Origin: Chiloscyllium plagiosum
Lineage: Eukaryota
Assembly: GCF_004010195.1 (NCBI RefSeq)
Contig: NC_057718.1
Span: forward strand, 20,293,547 to 20,337,830
Direction of reading: 5' to 3'
Length of the DNA stretch: 44,284 nucleotides
The notes under the pieces: generated by a model
The model's database searches: none
What the model saw: only the letters and a program-made list of their open reading frames with translations
What the model was told of the DNA's origin: nothing
Translations under genes and position numbers: made by a program
Shown here: positions 13,216 through 26,729 of the stretch, in pieces
Layout: each line of letters opens with the position of its first letter
How positions within the stretch are numbered: the first letter of the stretch is position 1

Positions 13216-13944
13216 GGTCCCCAGTTTACTTGGCTGGTGTACTCGGGGTAACAGAAAATGTTGACCCACTTTCCATACTTAATGTGAACTATTATTTATT
13301 ACAAATAAATCAATTCTAACCATAGGAAAGCAAAAATATGAATTATCAACATGTATCTCTAGTAGCTGAAACTCATACCCTACAGACCAATGCAGACTGA
13401 CATAGACTACAAACAAACATGGATGTAATGGGTGAAGGAAAAAATATTGGGAACTACAGTTCAGTAGCACCCAGTCCACAGCATTTGGATGAGGCTCCCC
13501 TTTGCTTCTTCCAAGTCATTCAAATTTCTAATCTTCATATCCAAGTTCTTTCAATTTGGATCTAATTTTTTAAAAAAAGCATCAGTCTGTCTCTGGGAGA
13601 AACTTGCTCCACACATGGGGTGCTTTTGCGTCTCAAAATCTACCCCACTGCCTGAACAAAAGTAACAGTGTGAAAGAAAACTCACAATGAGTTCCAGTAA
13701 CTTGTTTTTAAAAGTGCAGAACTCTTTTCACACTCCTTGGTTTACAGCAGCATCCTTTTCTCATGCTGGTCCACAATCTGAAATAAAGAAAAAGAAAAAC
13801 AAAAAAGATGTGGTCTTTACACTATGAACTGAGCTAAGCTGAAAATTGAGGTTGCAGCCAGCAGTTCAATTCAGGAAAGTTTCCTATTTTTAAAACCACA
13901 CTAAAACCACGCTGTTTACAACGATGCTTGACAGTGTTCAGAAA

Positions 13945-14405
13945 AGATTTACAAGGATGTTTGAGTGTTTGAGCTATGGGGAGAGGCTGAATAGGCTGGG
14001 GCTGTTTTCCCTGGAGTGTGGGAGGCTGAGGGATGACCTTGTAGAGATTTATAAAAAAACAAGAGGGGCATGGATAGGGTAAATAGACAAGGTCTTTTCC
14101 CTGGGGTGGGGGAGTTCAGAACTAGAGGGCTTAGACTTAGGATGAGAAGGGAAAGATTTAAAAGGGACTTAAGAGATAACCTTTTCACACAGAGGGAGGT
14201 GTGTGTTTGGAATGAGCTGCCAGAAGCAGTGGTGGAGGCTGGTACAATTATAGCATTTAAAAGGCATCTGGATGGCAGTATGAATAGAAAGTATGTAGAG
14301 GGATATGGGCCATGTGCTGGCAAATGGGGCTGAATTAGTTTAGGAAATATGATCAACATCAATAAGTTGGACTGAAGGTTCTATTTCCGTGCTGTACATC
14401 TCTCT
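13945..14405 (+). mobile_element. CR1 (HER1-like) LINE 3' end
   Basis: DRVNRQGLFPGVGEFRTRG..FTQREVCVWNELPEAVVEAGTIIAFKRHLD, the classic CR1 ORF2 C-terminus and tail. Confidence 0.88.
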
Positions 14406-15437
14406 GTGACATATATGTTATTATTATATATCCATGGACCAGGCACTTTATCTGCACCTAATACATAAGATCAAACAAAATTTGTTTAGGATCAAAAGAG
14501 CAAAAGAATGTGACACTTAGTCCAAGAATAGTGGAAACTAGAAGGAATGATGCAAGCTTCAGTGTTATTTTTCCATGGCCATTATTATTAGATAGTAAGT
14601 GTTTATGTCATATTGGCCTGGATTTATTTTACAAGAAGTGTAAAACACAGTGACAGGTCATTCGGCCAAACTAGTCCATGCTTATTAATCTACACAATTT
14701 AATAGTATTTTATCTACTCTCTAGACTGAAGACTTTATGGTTCTTTTAATTCTTTTTTGTGAAGCCTGTATTAAATGCTGGCAAACTGACAAATTTTTAA
14801 AAATAACTCATAAAATACTAGGAGTAGAGGTGGGAGGATCTCCACCTTCTCTTCCAAAGCAAATAACAGATCAGGAACAGAGCTAAAGATGAAGACTCCT
14901 TGATCCAGAGTTCCCATTACTGAAATTCAATGAGCAGGACCTACTCTAGCAGTCTTGATTGACACATTCAGTAACATGAGGCACAGCTGTCACCACAAGG
15001 ATTCACGTGGACAGAATGACCTATAAATGGTCTAAAACCTCACAGTTAAAATGAAAGTGAGTTTTGTATTGGTCCCCTTGCTCAAAGATCTAATGGAACA
15101 GTGTCAGGTACACCAATCCTGCTCATGTGGAGTAACTGCAACCAACTATCCCATGGAAATGAGCACAAGTTTTAAAAGGGATGAACAGTTGGAAAGATTA
15201 AAGAATCATAAGTTCCACAGTCTAGAGAGTAAACAAAATACTATTAAATTGTGTAGATTAATAAAAATGGACTAGTTTGGCCGAATGGCCTATCCCTGTG
15301 CTTTGCATTCCTTGTAAAATTAATCCAGGTCAATATGTGCATAGTTAACCTCAAAGTCAGACTAGATGACATGAAATGGAAGTGAGTGAATTGCATGCTT
15401 AAAAGCAATACCATGGAAAAGACAAACAAAGTATGAT

Positions 15438-16102
15438 GGGTGTGATTTTCCTCTTCCTAATAGAAGAATTAGTGAGAAAGGGAAATAATTGGGCGTGTTT
15501 GTCCTGGCGAGAAATTCATCCACAAATCAACACCCTTTAATTAAGTGTTGGGTGAGAAAGCTCATGGGCAACTGCATCAATTCACCACCAATTAAGGTCC
15601 TAAGTGGTCAATCAATGGCCACTCAAGGACCTCAACTTGCCAGCTCCCCAATCATCAGCCTCTTTGGTCTGATAGAAAGATAGCTAATTTCCTAACTGAT
15701 AAATGAGGCGACTGGTAATGCCTGAATCTGAGGCAATTTGAGGCACTGATGAGCAATAAGGCGGTTGTGTCTGAAAGCCTGACTTTCCTCTTCCCACGAC
15801 CTTCATCCCTAGAGAAGAAAATAAGTAACTATTCACCGTCGGATCCCTCAAGACATAGGCCTTGACTGACAGATTTAGGCTCAGAACCTGCTGACCTCTG
15901 ATTGGCTGGTAGCTTCTGGCAGCCCAAGTCACCAGTGTCGAGGCCTGCGATAGCATGAAATAATAGCTGTCAATTGCCTGTTAGCTCTTAATGGATTCAA
16001 TGGCCAGCAGTTCAGTGGGTTCTCTCACTGGTTAAGATAACTTGCTAAGTGCCACATAACACACTTGCCCCAAGACTTGGGGAGAAAAGGAAAATCATGC
16101 CC
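15438..16102. mobile_element. Non-autonomous DNA transposon (MITE-like, possibly PIF/Harbinger)
   Basis: Terminal inverted repeats gggtgtgattttcc ... ggaaaatcatgccc (12/14 match); no coding capacity seen. Confidence 0.45.
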
Positions 16103-16129
16103 TATAGCTGATTTGAATGGAGTTAGATC

Positions 16130-16415
16130 TTTTTTATTACTTCGCAGGATGCGAGCATCACTAGCAAGGCATTGCTTGGCATTTGTTGTCCATCCCTAGT
16201 CATAGAGTCATACAGCATAGAAACTGACACTTCAGTCCAACTAGGTGCCCTTGAGAGCATGCTGGTAAGCTACCTTCTTGAACTGTTGCCATCTATCTGG
16301 TGTAGCTACTCCCATAATGTGTTAGAAAGGGAATTCCAAGATTTTGATCCTGCAGTGGTGAAGAAACTGAGATATAACTTCAAGTCAGGGTGGTGTGTGG
16401 TTTGAAAGGAACTTG
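16130..16415 (-). mobile_element. 3' tail of the 6020/31217 LINE family
   Basis: tgcccttgaga..ggtaagctaccttcttgaactg..gggaattccaagattttgatcc is the reverse complement of the tail at about 7520-7700. Confidence 0.65.
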
Positions 16416-16416
16416 T

Positions 16417-17180
16417 GACCATAAGGTCATAAGAAATAGAAACAGGAGAAGGCTGTTTGTCCTCTTGAGCCTATTCTGCCATTCAATAGGATTGTGGCTG
16501 ATCTGAAACTCCTCATGTCCACTTCCCTGCCCTTTCCCTTGATGCCTTAGCTGGTCAAGAATCTATCTATCTCAGCCTTAAATGTACGTAAGGACTCTTC
16601 CCCAACAGCTCTCTGTGGCAAGGGGTTCAAAAAACTCACAACACTTTGAGGCAAGAAGTTCCTCCTCACCCCAGACTTAAATTGCCACCCTTTAATTCTG
16701 AGACTGTGCCCTCTAGACGGAGACTCTCCCAAGAGGGGAACATCCTGTCAGTATTTTCTCCGTCATGACCCTTAAGAATCCTATATGTTTCAATGAGAAC
16801 ACCTCTCATTCTTCTAAATGCCAATGTGGTAGTGTCAAAACCTATTTAACCTTCTCTGATAAGGCAATCCTTCACACCAGTATCATCCTTGTCAATGTTC
16901 TTTGAACAAGCTTCAATGAAATAATATACTTTCTCAAAAAAGGGGATCAAACCTTCTCGCAGTTCTCCAGATGTGGCCTCAACACTACCTTGTACAATTG
17001 CACTAAGAATTCCTTACTCTTTATTCCAACCCCTTGAAATAAGGGCCAACATTGCACTAGCCTTCCAGATTACTCACTGCACACACATGCTGGCTTTCTG
17101 TGTCTCATGCACAAGTACCCCCAAGTCCCTTTGTGTTGCAGTTTTCTGCAATTTTCTCCATTTAAATAATACTCTATGTA
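16417..17180 (-). mobile_element. CR1 LINE 3' fragment
   Basis: Minus ORF GESPSRGHSLRIKG..VRRNFLPQSVV..LPQRAV..FKAEIDRFL. Confidence 0.8.
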
Positions 17181-18884
17181 GGTGGTGTTCCAATGCCATG
17201 CAAAAAAGATTAACATAAAAACAGATGATCTTCCCTAGTTGAATGGTCTTTTCTTATCCTTGAAATGCTGTTCCTTTATTGGATCTGTTGAGCCTATCAT
17301 TCACAGGACTGTGAACAGCAGTCTTTTAATCTCTGCTACCTGATGACGTATTCCAACAGGAGTTCCACATTAAATAGAAGTTTCTTTGCATGTTGAAATA
17401 GGGTAGGCAGGAATGCTGTAGATCCCGTTACACTGGCAACATTCTTCTCCCTTAGCAAACAATCTTAGCTCTCTTTCAATAATTCTCAATTGTATGTGCA
17501 TTTAAATGGTGTTGGTCATACTGTGTACAGATCCGTAAACTTTCAAATAGAAGAGCAGGTTTCTTTTTGACTGAAGCAAACAATTAAAGATAAAATCAGG
17601 AGGAAACTGTGAAAGGAAGGCTTATGATTTTGATGATCAATGTAAATTAATATCTTTTCCAAAGCTTTCCTCTGTTTTTCATAATTGACTTATGCAGATT
17701 TACATTGGAGTATTTCATCAAAATGAGCATTCCGTAATTTGAAGTGTCATTGTATACAGGAAGAGAACATGCACTTTAAAAGTTTAGAATTTCAGATCTG
17801 AACTCATTTAAAAATCTTATATCCCACATTCAATTAAAAGACAGACAGTGCTTTTGATCCCAAGTTAAGTTATAATTGATATGAATTATTGCTGGCTATA
17901 TCAAAATAAATGGCAAATATCTATAATCTGAAATAGGTCAACTGTTCATTGTGAGCTTCTTTGCATATTTAGCTCACAACCTATGGGGAAATATGTGAAT
18001 TGAGATTAGAATAAAAACAATTTTCATTATCAGGTTGAGAATCAGAACCCTGAGGAAGGTTTTTGTCAGTTGGTACCTTTTGAAGAGAGCTGGTTTTTTT
18101 TGTTTTTATGAGGGAGAGTTAACAACCTTTAAAGAAGGATACAAATTGGCCGTGGTATAGCGTGGAAGGAGTTCCACGATAGAACAATCAAAACATGAAC
18201 TTTAAACAGAGTGGCATGATGAGATGAACAAACAATTCTCATCTGGAAATTGTTATGCTTTGGTTGAATACATATAATAAAAATCATTTCCTCTAGTATT
18301 TGATGTTAAACCTGCCTGGGCTTATTCTTACATAATGTGGAGCCATATATTATATGTATATCTGTAAAATATGAATACATATTGTTTATATATATTTAAA
18401 TGCTTCAAATTACAGAATCTTTTGGAGGGCAGAAGGAGATATTGCAATCTTTCATTTCTGAGCTGTTTCTTTGAATGGTCTATCCAGTTAGCACTACTGC
18501 ACTTTCTTGCAGTTTATTTCTTTTCAAGCATTTATCCATTTCCTTTTCAAACCAAGATTTCTTGCTTTTTAAGCAATGGAAACAAATTCAAAACTATCCC
18601 ACAATCCATTCCAGATCACAGCCAGGAAATTCTCTGCAGTCCCTTGGGTTCATTTGTCAATTACGTTAAATGTGTACCCTCTGTTTGCCAACCTTTCTGC
18701 CAGTGCAAAGCAATTTCTTGTCATTTAATGTATCAAAAAGACTTAAGAATTTGAATTTCTCTGTTAAGGCTCCCCTGAACTGTGCTGTTCTCAGGTTAAC
18801 AATTCAGTTTCTCTGGACTTGCAACATAATTTCACTTTGAATTCTGATTAATGGATTTAATTATCAAATCTTAAAACACTCAGA

Positions 18885-19198
18885 CCATGGTGGCTCAGTG
18901 GTTAGCACTGCTGCCTCGGGTTCAATTCCCGCATCTGGCAGCTGTCTGTGTGGATTTTGCACATTCTCCTCGTGTCTGCGTGGGTTTCCTCTGGGTGCTC
19001 CAGTTTCCTCCCATAGTCCAAAGATGTGCAGATTAGGTGAATTGGCCATGCTAAATTGCCCGTAGTGTTAGGCGCATTAGTCAGGGGTGAATGTAGGGGA
19101 ATGTAGGGTCTGGGTGGGTTGCTCTTCGGAGGGTCGGTGTGAACTTGTTGGGCCGAAGGGCCTGTTTCCACACTGTAGGGAATCTAATCTAATCTAAT
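18885..19198 (+). mobile_element. HE1-type SINE with a short deletion in the tRNA region
   Basis: Collinear with 5013-5333; ends aatctaatctaatctaat. Confidence 0.85.
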
Positions 19199-19699
19199 CA
19201 CTTCACCAGTTAATTGTATGCAGGTGTGAATTTACTTAAAGTAGAAGTGCTAAATTTCGAACTATATTCCTATCCTCATCATTTTAACGGGACAGGATTA
19301 AGGTTTTACATACGCAAGTTGACACGGGAATTTCTAAGGGTTGCTTTTCCAGATGTGCAGTCTGTAACAATATCACCATCATCTCATTACCATTCCACCT
19401 CAACTACCAGAAATGCAAATTCAATTATCTCAAAGAACACTTAAGTAACTACCTAACAAACAAATCAAGTGACAGAGGTTATATGCTGGAGAAATTGGGA
19501 AATCACCCAAGAAGCAAGTGACTGAAAGCCAGAGTTTAATAACAAGTATGGTAATAGATTTAGTGACATTCTGGCAAGCAAACAAAACATACAAATTAGG
19601 AGAATAGTTTGCTAGTTGGCCCCTCCATCCCTAGCTGATCTGATTGCGCCTTGACTCCACATTCCCACCTACCTGTAAAAACCATAAATTGTGTGCTAA

Positions 19700-19846
19700 T
19701 ATAAAACAAAGAACTGCAGATGCTGGAGATCAAAACAAACAAATTAGGAGGAGGATCACTGCACTTGAAATATTAATTCAGTTTGCTCTTCACAGATGCT
19801 TCCAGACCTGCTGGGTTTGTCCAGCAATTTCTGTTTTTGTTTGTTC
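19700..19846. mobile_element. Penelope-like pseudo-LTR pieces in inverted arrangement
   Basis: aaaacaaagaactgcagatgctggag, followed by cacagatgcttccagacctgctgggtttgtccagcaatttctgttttt. Confidence 0.55.
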
Positions 19847-22613
19847 CCTAAATTGTGTAGCTCAGACACACAGCCCAAAGCTGTACACTGTGACAGCAAG
19901 TTTAATGATTAATGAACTGACTAATTTTGCTGTGATAGTAACTAATACCTTCCCCTCTTGAGACAAAAGGAAGTTTTATTATCTTTCCGATGATGTCCTT
20001 ATGAAGGGTAATTTCTTCGACTATTCTTTTTCTGTATTTATTAATTTGATTTGTTTTTGTACTTTTGCAGTAATTGTATATCTAATTGTTTTAACTTATT
20101 ACATGTGGCAAGCACTTGAATATTCTTACTTGTGTTGACTTGCAAGTAAAACAATTGTTAATCCTCTGGATATGTAACTGTAATGGGGTAAATTAACATT
20201 GTAATGCCACAGCAGGTTCTGCCCATATATGGACACGATTGTTAAACAATTGAGGACAATACATCAGAAAAGTAGGAAACTGTAATATGAACAAATGTTC
20301 ATTGTGGCTCATATATTCTTGCTCTCAGCTCCTTGTGAGGCAGGTAAACTGTTCTCAGGAGTGGTCTAGTTGCTGGGTTTTTCTGTAGTATAGGTTTGGC
20401 TTTTTGGTTTTGGAATTTGAGACGTAAAATAGGGCTCGGTGTCTCAAGCAGACTGAATGTCTGAATTGTTCACCAGAATTTCACCTACTGCATGACCAAA
20501 TACATATCAACTATTGAAACTCTGCCATTTAATCTCTTGCTTCTTTCAACATTTTCCGACAGCAAAGAACGTCCTCTGCCAGGTTTGAGACTAAAACATA
20601 ATTGTCCAAAATAGTTGTAACCGTGATGAACATATAAAACTTCTTTCAGATTTTCCAATGGTGGGAATTGTAGCATATTTTTAAATTAAATGAAAAAGAA
20701 CTTGAAAATTCTATATATTTGAAGTAAAAGCTCAATTTGCTAGAAATATACAGCTGCAGATATAAAGAGGAAGTGTATCGAAACTTTTAGATTGGGGAAG
20801 GTTCTTTATAATATCCTGCTTAAAATGCTGGGTACTCCACTTACATGGACGTACACATGTATACAGTATGTTCACACAGGTTCGATCACAAAGCAGCTAC
20901 AAAATGGCTGGGAAAGATAATAAACCACAAAGACAAAAGCAAAGAAATACAAAACTAAGGAGTTGTGCTTACAAAAATAAGTAATATTGATGGAAGCTAT
21001 AGTTATACATGAGGTATGCAAGAGAATGATTCATGGTGATTTAAATGTTAGTGCCACTGGTTCTATAAACAGCAAGTCTGGCGGGTCTACAACAAAAAGG
21101 CCCTGGCCTATAATTTCCACACCAGAGGTTGTTCTTTGGAGTTAAAATAACCGTCAGCTTCAAATAAAGTTGCTACTAATCCGACTCCAATCATAATTTC
21201 AGGTTGACCATCCATAAGAGGAGGGGACCTCACAGTTTGAGAGTTTCCTTGTCCCAGCTTGGGGACCACAGAAGGTCTCTGCATTGGGTTTGTGGAAACC
21301 CAAATGTGAGCACATATCTGGGCTTTGACCTTGATCACTGAAAGATTAGCTGAAAGACTTCTTTTTCCCACCACTCTTTCTAAGGGCCCTCTCACAGTAG
21401 TAAACCAAGGAGTTGGAAACAGTGTAACACCCCTGAGATGGTATGGATGACATGAAATGAATATTGTAAATACTGAGGCACCTCAGAGTGCTATATATGA
21501 GAAACCAATCTGTTTTGTACTTGGTATAATGTTAAAGTCGAACTGTTATTTACAAAAGTATATTTTTAGAAACAAAAAGGATTCCTGAAGGAGAAGATTT
21601 GGATACCCTCACCTCCTCCCAATCCCTACAATGGGCCGCTGAAGCTGTCCAGTCGCCTGCCTATCTGGCAGTGCCCAATACTCATCTCTGGTATGAGTGC
21701 CCATCACAAAAATATGAAAGAAGGGAACTTCCTTCAAGAGTGGCTATTGGTGGCTAGGGGACTGTCAGTAGAGAAATTCTGCTTCTGATGACCCCAGATA
21801 TTACCCTTCAATATTTGCATTTATCACTGGGCCAGATCACCTTTAACTTAGTGCTCAGTAGGAGTGAAATTTGCTTTCAAAACTAAAAATGAATCTGGAA
21901 ACTATTCATTGTCGTTACCGTATCAACAATTAACAACAGTAACCCGAGCTATGTCAATATGTTACACATACTATACCTTGTATCCAGTCATAATGATGTA
22001 TGGAATGCTACAACTTTATTGACGTATATCATTTGAATTCACACCAGTTTGTTGACTGTTGAGTTTATAAAACCCCACCCTCGGAGAGGTGGAGGTTTCA
22101 GTTTGATTTTATTTTTAATGGCAACACCTTCACGACATGACGTTCTCTGACAAGTTATTGCTATGGAGATGATCGAACTGAGTTAATTAGATTAGCAATA
22201 CCAAAGAAAACTGAGATGAAAGAAAAGCAATGCGATGCACTGACATGTCAGTTTGCTAATATCATGCTGTAAGTCTGGCAGACATTGTTCAAGGAAAGTC
22301 AGATATTTACTGGGCAGTGGGGACAAACTTGACTCAAACCAAACTAGAGAAAATTGTATTTGTAGCACTTTTGGGCAGATTTGGTGACACAAGTCAGTCC
22401 CCTGAATTACCTAACAATTATTATTTTAATATCAGTGTTGACCAGATAGGCTAACAGAGACAGTTAATTAACACCAATCCGGAAGTCTAGGCTAGTGCAA
22501 TCATAATTTGACATCTCCTTTCTTTTGATCAATTGGTTCCAATGGTGCTTCATAACTTGGACATCAATGCGTCTTTAATAGATCAATTATAGTGCAGTTT
22601 CTGTATTACTACA

Positions 22614-23180
22614 GTCAATGTGTTTGTTGATAGAGTTGTGGTTGAAGTGTCATGCTTCTAGGAATTCTCGTGCATGTCTCTGTTTGGCTTGTCCTAGGAT
22701 GGATGTGTTGTCCCAGTTGAAGTGGTGTCCTTCCTCATCTGTATGTAAAGATACTAGTGAGAGTGGGTCATGTCGTTTTGTGGCTAATTGATGTGGCTAG
22801 TTGATCCTTACATATGGATGAGAAAGAACACCACTTCGACTGGGACAACACATCTATCCTAGAACAAGCCAAACAGAGACACGCATGAGAATTCCTAAAA
22901 GCATGGCATTCAAAATAGAAATCTTATTGACAAACACATTAAATTTGATCCCATTTACCACCCCCTAAGAAAAAGAACAGGAAATAACATCACCATAGAA
23001 AATGATGTCACCACAAGAAATGATATCACCAACCCTAGGAAACTTAAACATATAAATAGAAAGTGGGCTACACTACCAGTGCTTCATTCGGAGGCTCACT
23101 GAGTATGTTACCTAGTATGGTGGCAAAACGTCTGAAAATGAACCTTCCAGCTCAGCAAGCAAACGTACATCCTGAATCCT
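22614..23180 (+). mobile_element. Penelope-like element 3' end (GIY-YIG C-terminus and pseudo-LTR) with an inverted 5' copy
   Basis: HHFDWDNTSILEQAKQRHA*EFLKAWH on +; about 22614-22752 is an inverted copy of about 22804-22940. Confidence 0.75.
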
Positions 23181-23184
23181 TTCA

Positions 23185-23928
23185 AGTTTCACAACATCCT
23201 TCCAATAGGAAGGATATCAGAATTGTGCACAATATTCCAAAAGTGGCCTAATCAATGTCCTGTACAGCCACAACATGACCTCCAAACTCCTATACTCAAT
23301 GCACTAATCAATAAAGGCAAACATACCAAATGCCTTCTTGACTATCTTATCTACCTGCGACTCTACTTTCAAGGAACTATGAACCTGCACTCCAAGGTCT
23401 CTTTGTTCAGCAACACTCTCTTGGACCTTACTGTTAAGTGTATAAGTTCTGCTAAGATTTGGTTTTTCCAAAATGCAGCACCTCACATTTATCTAAATTA
23501 AACTCCATCTGCCACTCCTCAACCCATTGGCCCATATGATCAAGATCCTGTTGTACTCTGAGGTTACCTTCTTCACTGTCCACTACACATTGAATCTTGA
23601 TGTCATTTGCAAACTGACTAACTGTACCTCTTATGTTCACATCCAAATTATTTATATAAATGACACAAAGTAATGGACCCAGCATCGATCCTTGTGACAC
23701 TCTACTGGTCACAGGCCTCCAGTCTGTAAAGCAACTCTCCACCACCACCCAATGTCTTCTATCTTTTGAGTCAGTTCTGTATTGAAATGGCTAGTTCTCC
23801 TTGTATTGGATGAGATCTAACCTTGCTAACCAGTCTCCCATGAGGAGACTTGTTAAACGCCTTACTGAAGTCCATATAGATCACATCCATCGCTTTGCCC
23901 TCATCAATCCTCTTTGTTACTTCTTCCA
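23185..23928 (-). mobile_element. CR1 LINE RT fragment
   Basis: Minus ORF WRPVTSRVSQGSMLGPLLCVIYINNLD..QFANDIKI..WQMEFNLDKCEVLHFG. Confidence 0.88.
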
Positions 23929-24007
23929 TTACACTCTCAACACACCTGAATCGAATAATCTTTTCAAGTCCTAGGCCCCACTCAGCGCCTCAAGCCCTCT
24001 GATCAGA

Positions 24008-24284
24008 GGAAATTGAATTGAGGATTCAAAGTCTAGCCTAAGTGATGGTGACCATGAAACTATCTTTAATTGTCATAAAAGCCCATTTGATTCACTTATT
24101 TTCTTCAGGGAAGGAAAGTTGGTATCCTTATTCAGTCTGACTTACACATGACTCCAGGCCGAGGCAATGTGGTCAACTCTTAGCTGCCTTCTGAAATCTC
24201 CAAGCAAGCCAAAGACAACTAGGGATGGACAACAAAATGCTGATCTTGCCAGTGATAGCCATGTCCCATGGAAGAATTAGAAAA
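24008..24284 (+). mobile_element. SINE sharing body and tail with the 31217-34755 LINE (5' truncated)
   Basis: gatggtgaccatgaaac..agggaaggaaa..acatgactcca..caactagggatggacaacaaaatgctg. Confidence 0.7.
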
Positions 24285-25137
24285 CCTTTCAATGATAATT
24301 TTTATCCTACTACTTCCCCTCCACCAATAGAGACTAATCGATGAGTAACTGAGGAGAAGAACCATTGAGCTCTACAGAAGTTTCTTCAAAACCACTTCAG
24401 CTTTCACTTGTTACTGTCTTCCTGCAAAAGTTTCTAAAACTTCCACCTTCTGAATGATCTCTCAAAACATCAAATTCCATCTGCTCCTCAACGTTCTCCA
24501 CTATCATAGTAAACTTTATGCATGTTGAAGTGATACTTCTTATAAAGTCCAATTTGTTACTTATAGGGCAATGAAATATTTTTAAAAGAACATGATTATA
24601 TTTTCATTTTCAATCGATTATTATTACCAAAACCCGTCTTTTCTGAAATCGTTATTCTTTTAAGTTAATTGGCAGCAAACCACTGAGAACGTAAGTAGTA
24701 CAGTGGTGCCTCCTAGTGGAGCATGAAATATTATGTTGTTCCCAGGGAACTTATAGTCAGAGAGTCTTCCTTTTGAATCCTCTATTCAGGGATAACGTCA
24801 CATTCTCATTACTGAGAATAAACCAATTGGCTTGGACCTTACATCAGATCATAAGATCATAGAGTACCTTTAGATATACTTATCTAGTTGGTACAGCGGT
24901 GCAATCTTAACATCTGTATCCTTTAATTTTTTCTCTCTTTCTCTCTCTCTCTCTGCCAGAGATTTTCTCGAGGCTCTGAAAATGGACCAGTTATTGAAGT
25001 AATTGTGACCTTGCCTGCTGATGGTTGGAGAGAAACTCGCTGAAATCTGACACTTTTTTTTTCTGCAGTAAACCTGCTAGAAACTCATTCCAACATCCCA
25101 TTGTATCTTGCTGGGAGAATTTAAGATTTCAATTAAG

Positions 25138-25459
25138 AGGGCGGGATGGTGGCTCAGTGGTTAGCACTGCTGTCTAACAGTGCCAGAGACCTGGGTTCGA
25201 TTCCAGCCTTGGGCGACTATCTGTGTGGAGTTTGCACATTCTCCCTGTGTCTGCATGGGTTTCCTCCCACAATCCAAAGATGTGCAGATTAGGTGAATTG
25301 ACCATGCTAAATTGTCCATAATGTTCAGGGATGTGTAGGTTAGGTGCATTAGTCAGGGGTAAATGTGGAGGAATGGGTCTGGGTGGGTTGCTCTTTGGAG
25401 GGTGGGTATGGACCTGTTGAGCTGAAGGCCTGTTTCCACGTTGTTGGGATTCGATGATA
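25138..25459 (+). mobile_element. HE1-type SINE
   Basis: A and B boxes (tggctcagtgg, gttcgattcc); body collinear with 5013-5333. Confidence 0.85.
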
Positions 25460-25702
25460 TTAAGGGTTCAACTAAATATTCCCCGGGAAAAGAGGATTAG
25501 ATGGCAGACAGTTAAAAATCACTTGAAGAATTGTGACCTACAGGGCTACAGACCAACAGTTAGAAAGAGCGATTAGGCTGGTTAACTCTTATTTTGGCTG
25601 CAAGAATGTGACAGTCTGAAAGACCTTCTTCTGTTGCCACAGATTTTCTCTACTTCTAAATTCATATGTGAATCGTGCTATAACAAACTGAGAGACATAG
25701 TT

Positions 25703-26412
25703 TATTTTTTATTAATTCATGGCACGTGGGTGTCACTGGCCATTTCTTGTCCATACCTGATTGCCCAGAGGGCAGCTAAGAGTCAATTATATTGCTGTGG
25801 GCCTGGTGTCACATGTAGGTGACACCAGATAGGGACAACAGCTTTCTGCCCTAAAGGATATTAGTGAATGGATCATTAAAACATGGAATGATTCTAGGTA
25901 CATGGATAGGAAAGATTTCAAGGGATATGGGCCAACAGCAATCGAATTGGACCAGTACTAAATTAAGAAACCTGATCATCAAGGACAAGCTGGGCCAAAA
26001 GGCTTGTTTCTGTGCAGTATACCTCTATAACCGGATGGGTTTGTCCCCAACAATCAACACCAGTTTCATGATCATCATTGGATTCTTAATAGGTACATGG
26101 ATAGGAAAGATTTCAAGGGATATGGGCCAACAGCAATCGAATTGGACCAGTACTAAATTAAGAAACCTGATCATCATGGACAAGCTGGGCCAAAAGGCTT
26201 GTTTCTGTGCAGTATACCTCTATAACCGGATGGGTTTGTCCCAACAATCAACACCAGTTTCATGATCATCATTGGATTCTTAATTCTAGACTTATATTGA
26301 ATTCAAATTCCTCCATCTGCCACGTTGGGAGGAATTGAACCCAATCCCCAGAACATTGCCTGGGTCCCTGGATTAATAGTCTAGCAATAGTACCACTAAA
26401 TATTGCATCCCA
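25703..26412 (-). mobile_element. tRNA-headed SINE (LINE-sharing family) interrupted by a CR1 tail and a tandem duplication
   Basis: Minus strand gtggtactattgctagactattaatccag..ggttcaattcc head and ggcaatcaggtatggacaag..cccacgtgccatgaattaataaaa tail. Confidence 0.7.
25895..26283 (+). repeat. Tandem duplication, 195 + 194 bp
   Basis: 25895-26089 and 26090-26283 differ by one substitution and one C indel. Confidence 0.95.
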
Positions 26413-26729
26413 CTAATGATGTAAATGAAAGCAGGTGACATGACTTAAACAGTGGAAGCAAAACCAAGGGACGTGGCCAGAAATTGGAAGAAGACTCAAT
26501 CCATCAGTGATAAACTTTCTGCAAAAACATCTTTTGTTATGTCAATTAAAAACGTTTATAAGCTTTGGACATGAGATATTCCCAATTAGTGATAGGTATT
26601 GTCTAGGCTCATTGGCAAGGAAAATGGTGCTCTTGACAAAGAGGAAGAGATTTCAAGACAGAATCAAATAAAGTGTAGTGTTGTTATTATAGAATGCAAA
26701 AAACTTTCACTTTGTTTCTCTGTCTGCAG

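Noticed and set aside
13238..13930. Possible solo LTRs here and at about 41330-42063 (both contain attatttattacaa)
   Set aside because: Termini and TSDs could not be fixed by eye, so they are not reported as features.
25864..26265. 133-aa ORF with an internal repeat
   Set aside because: Product of the tandem duplication of TE fragments.
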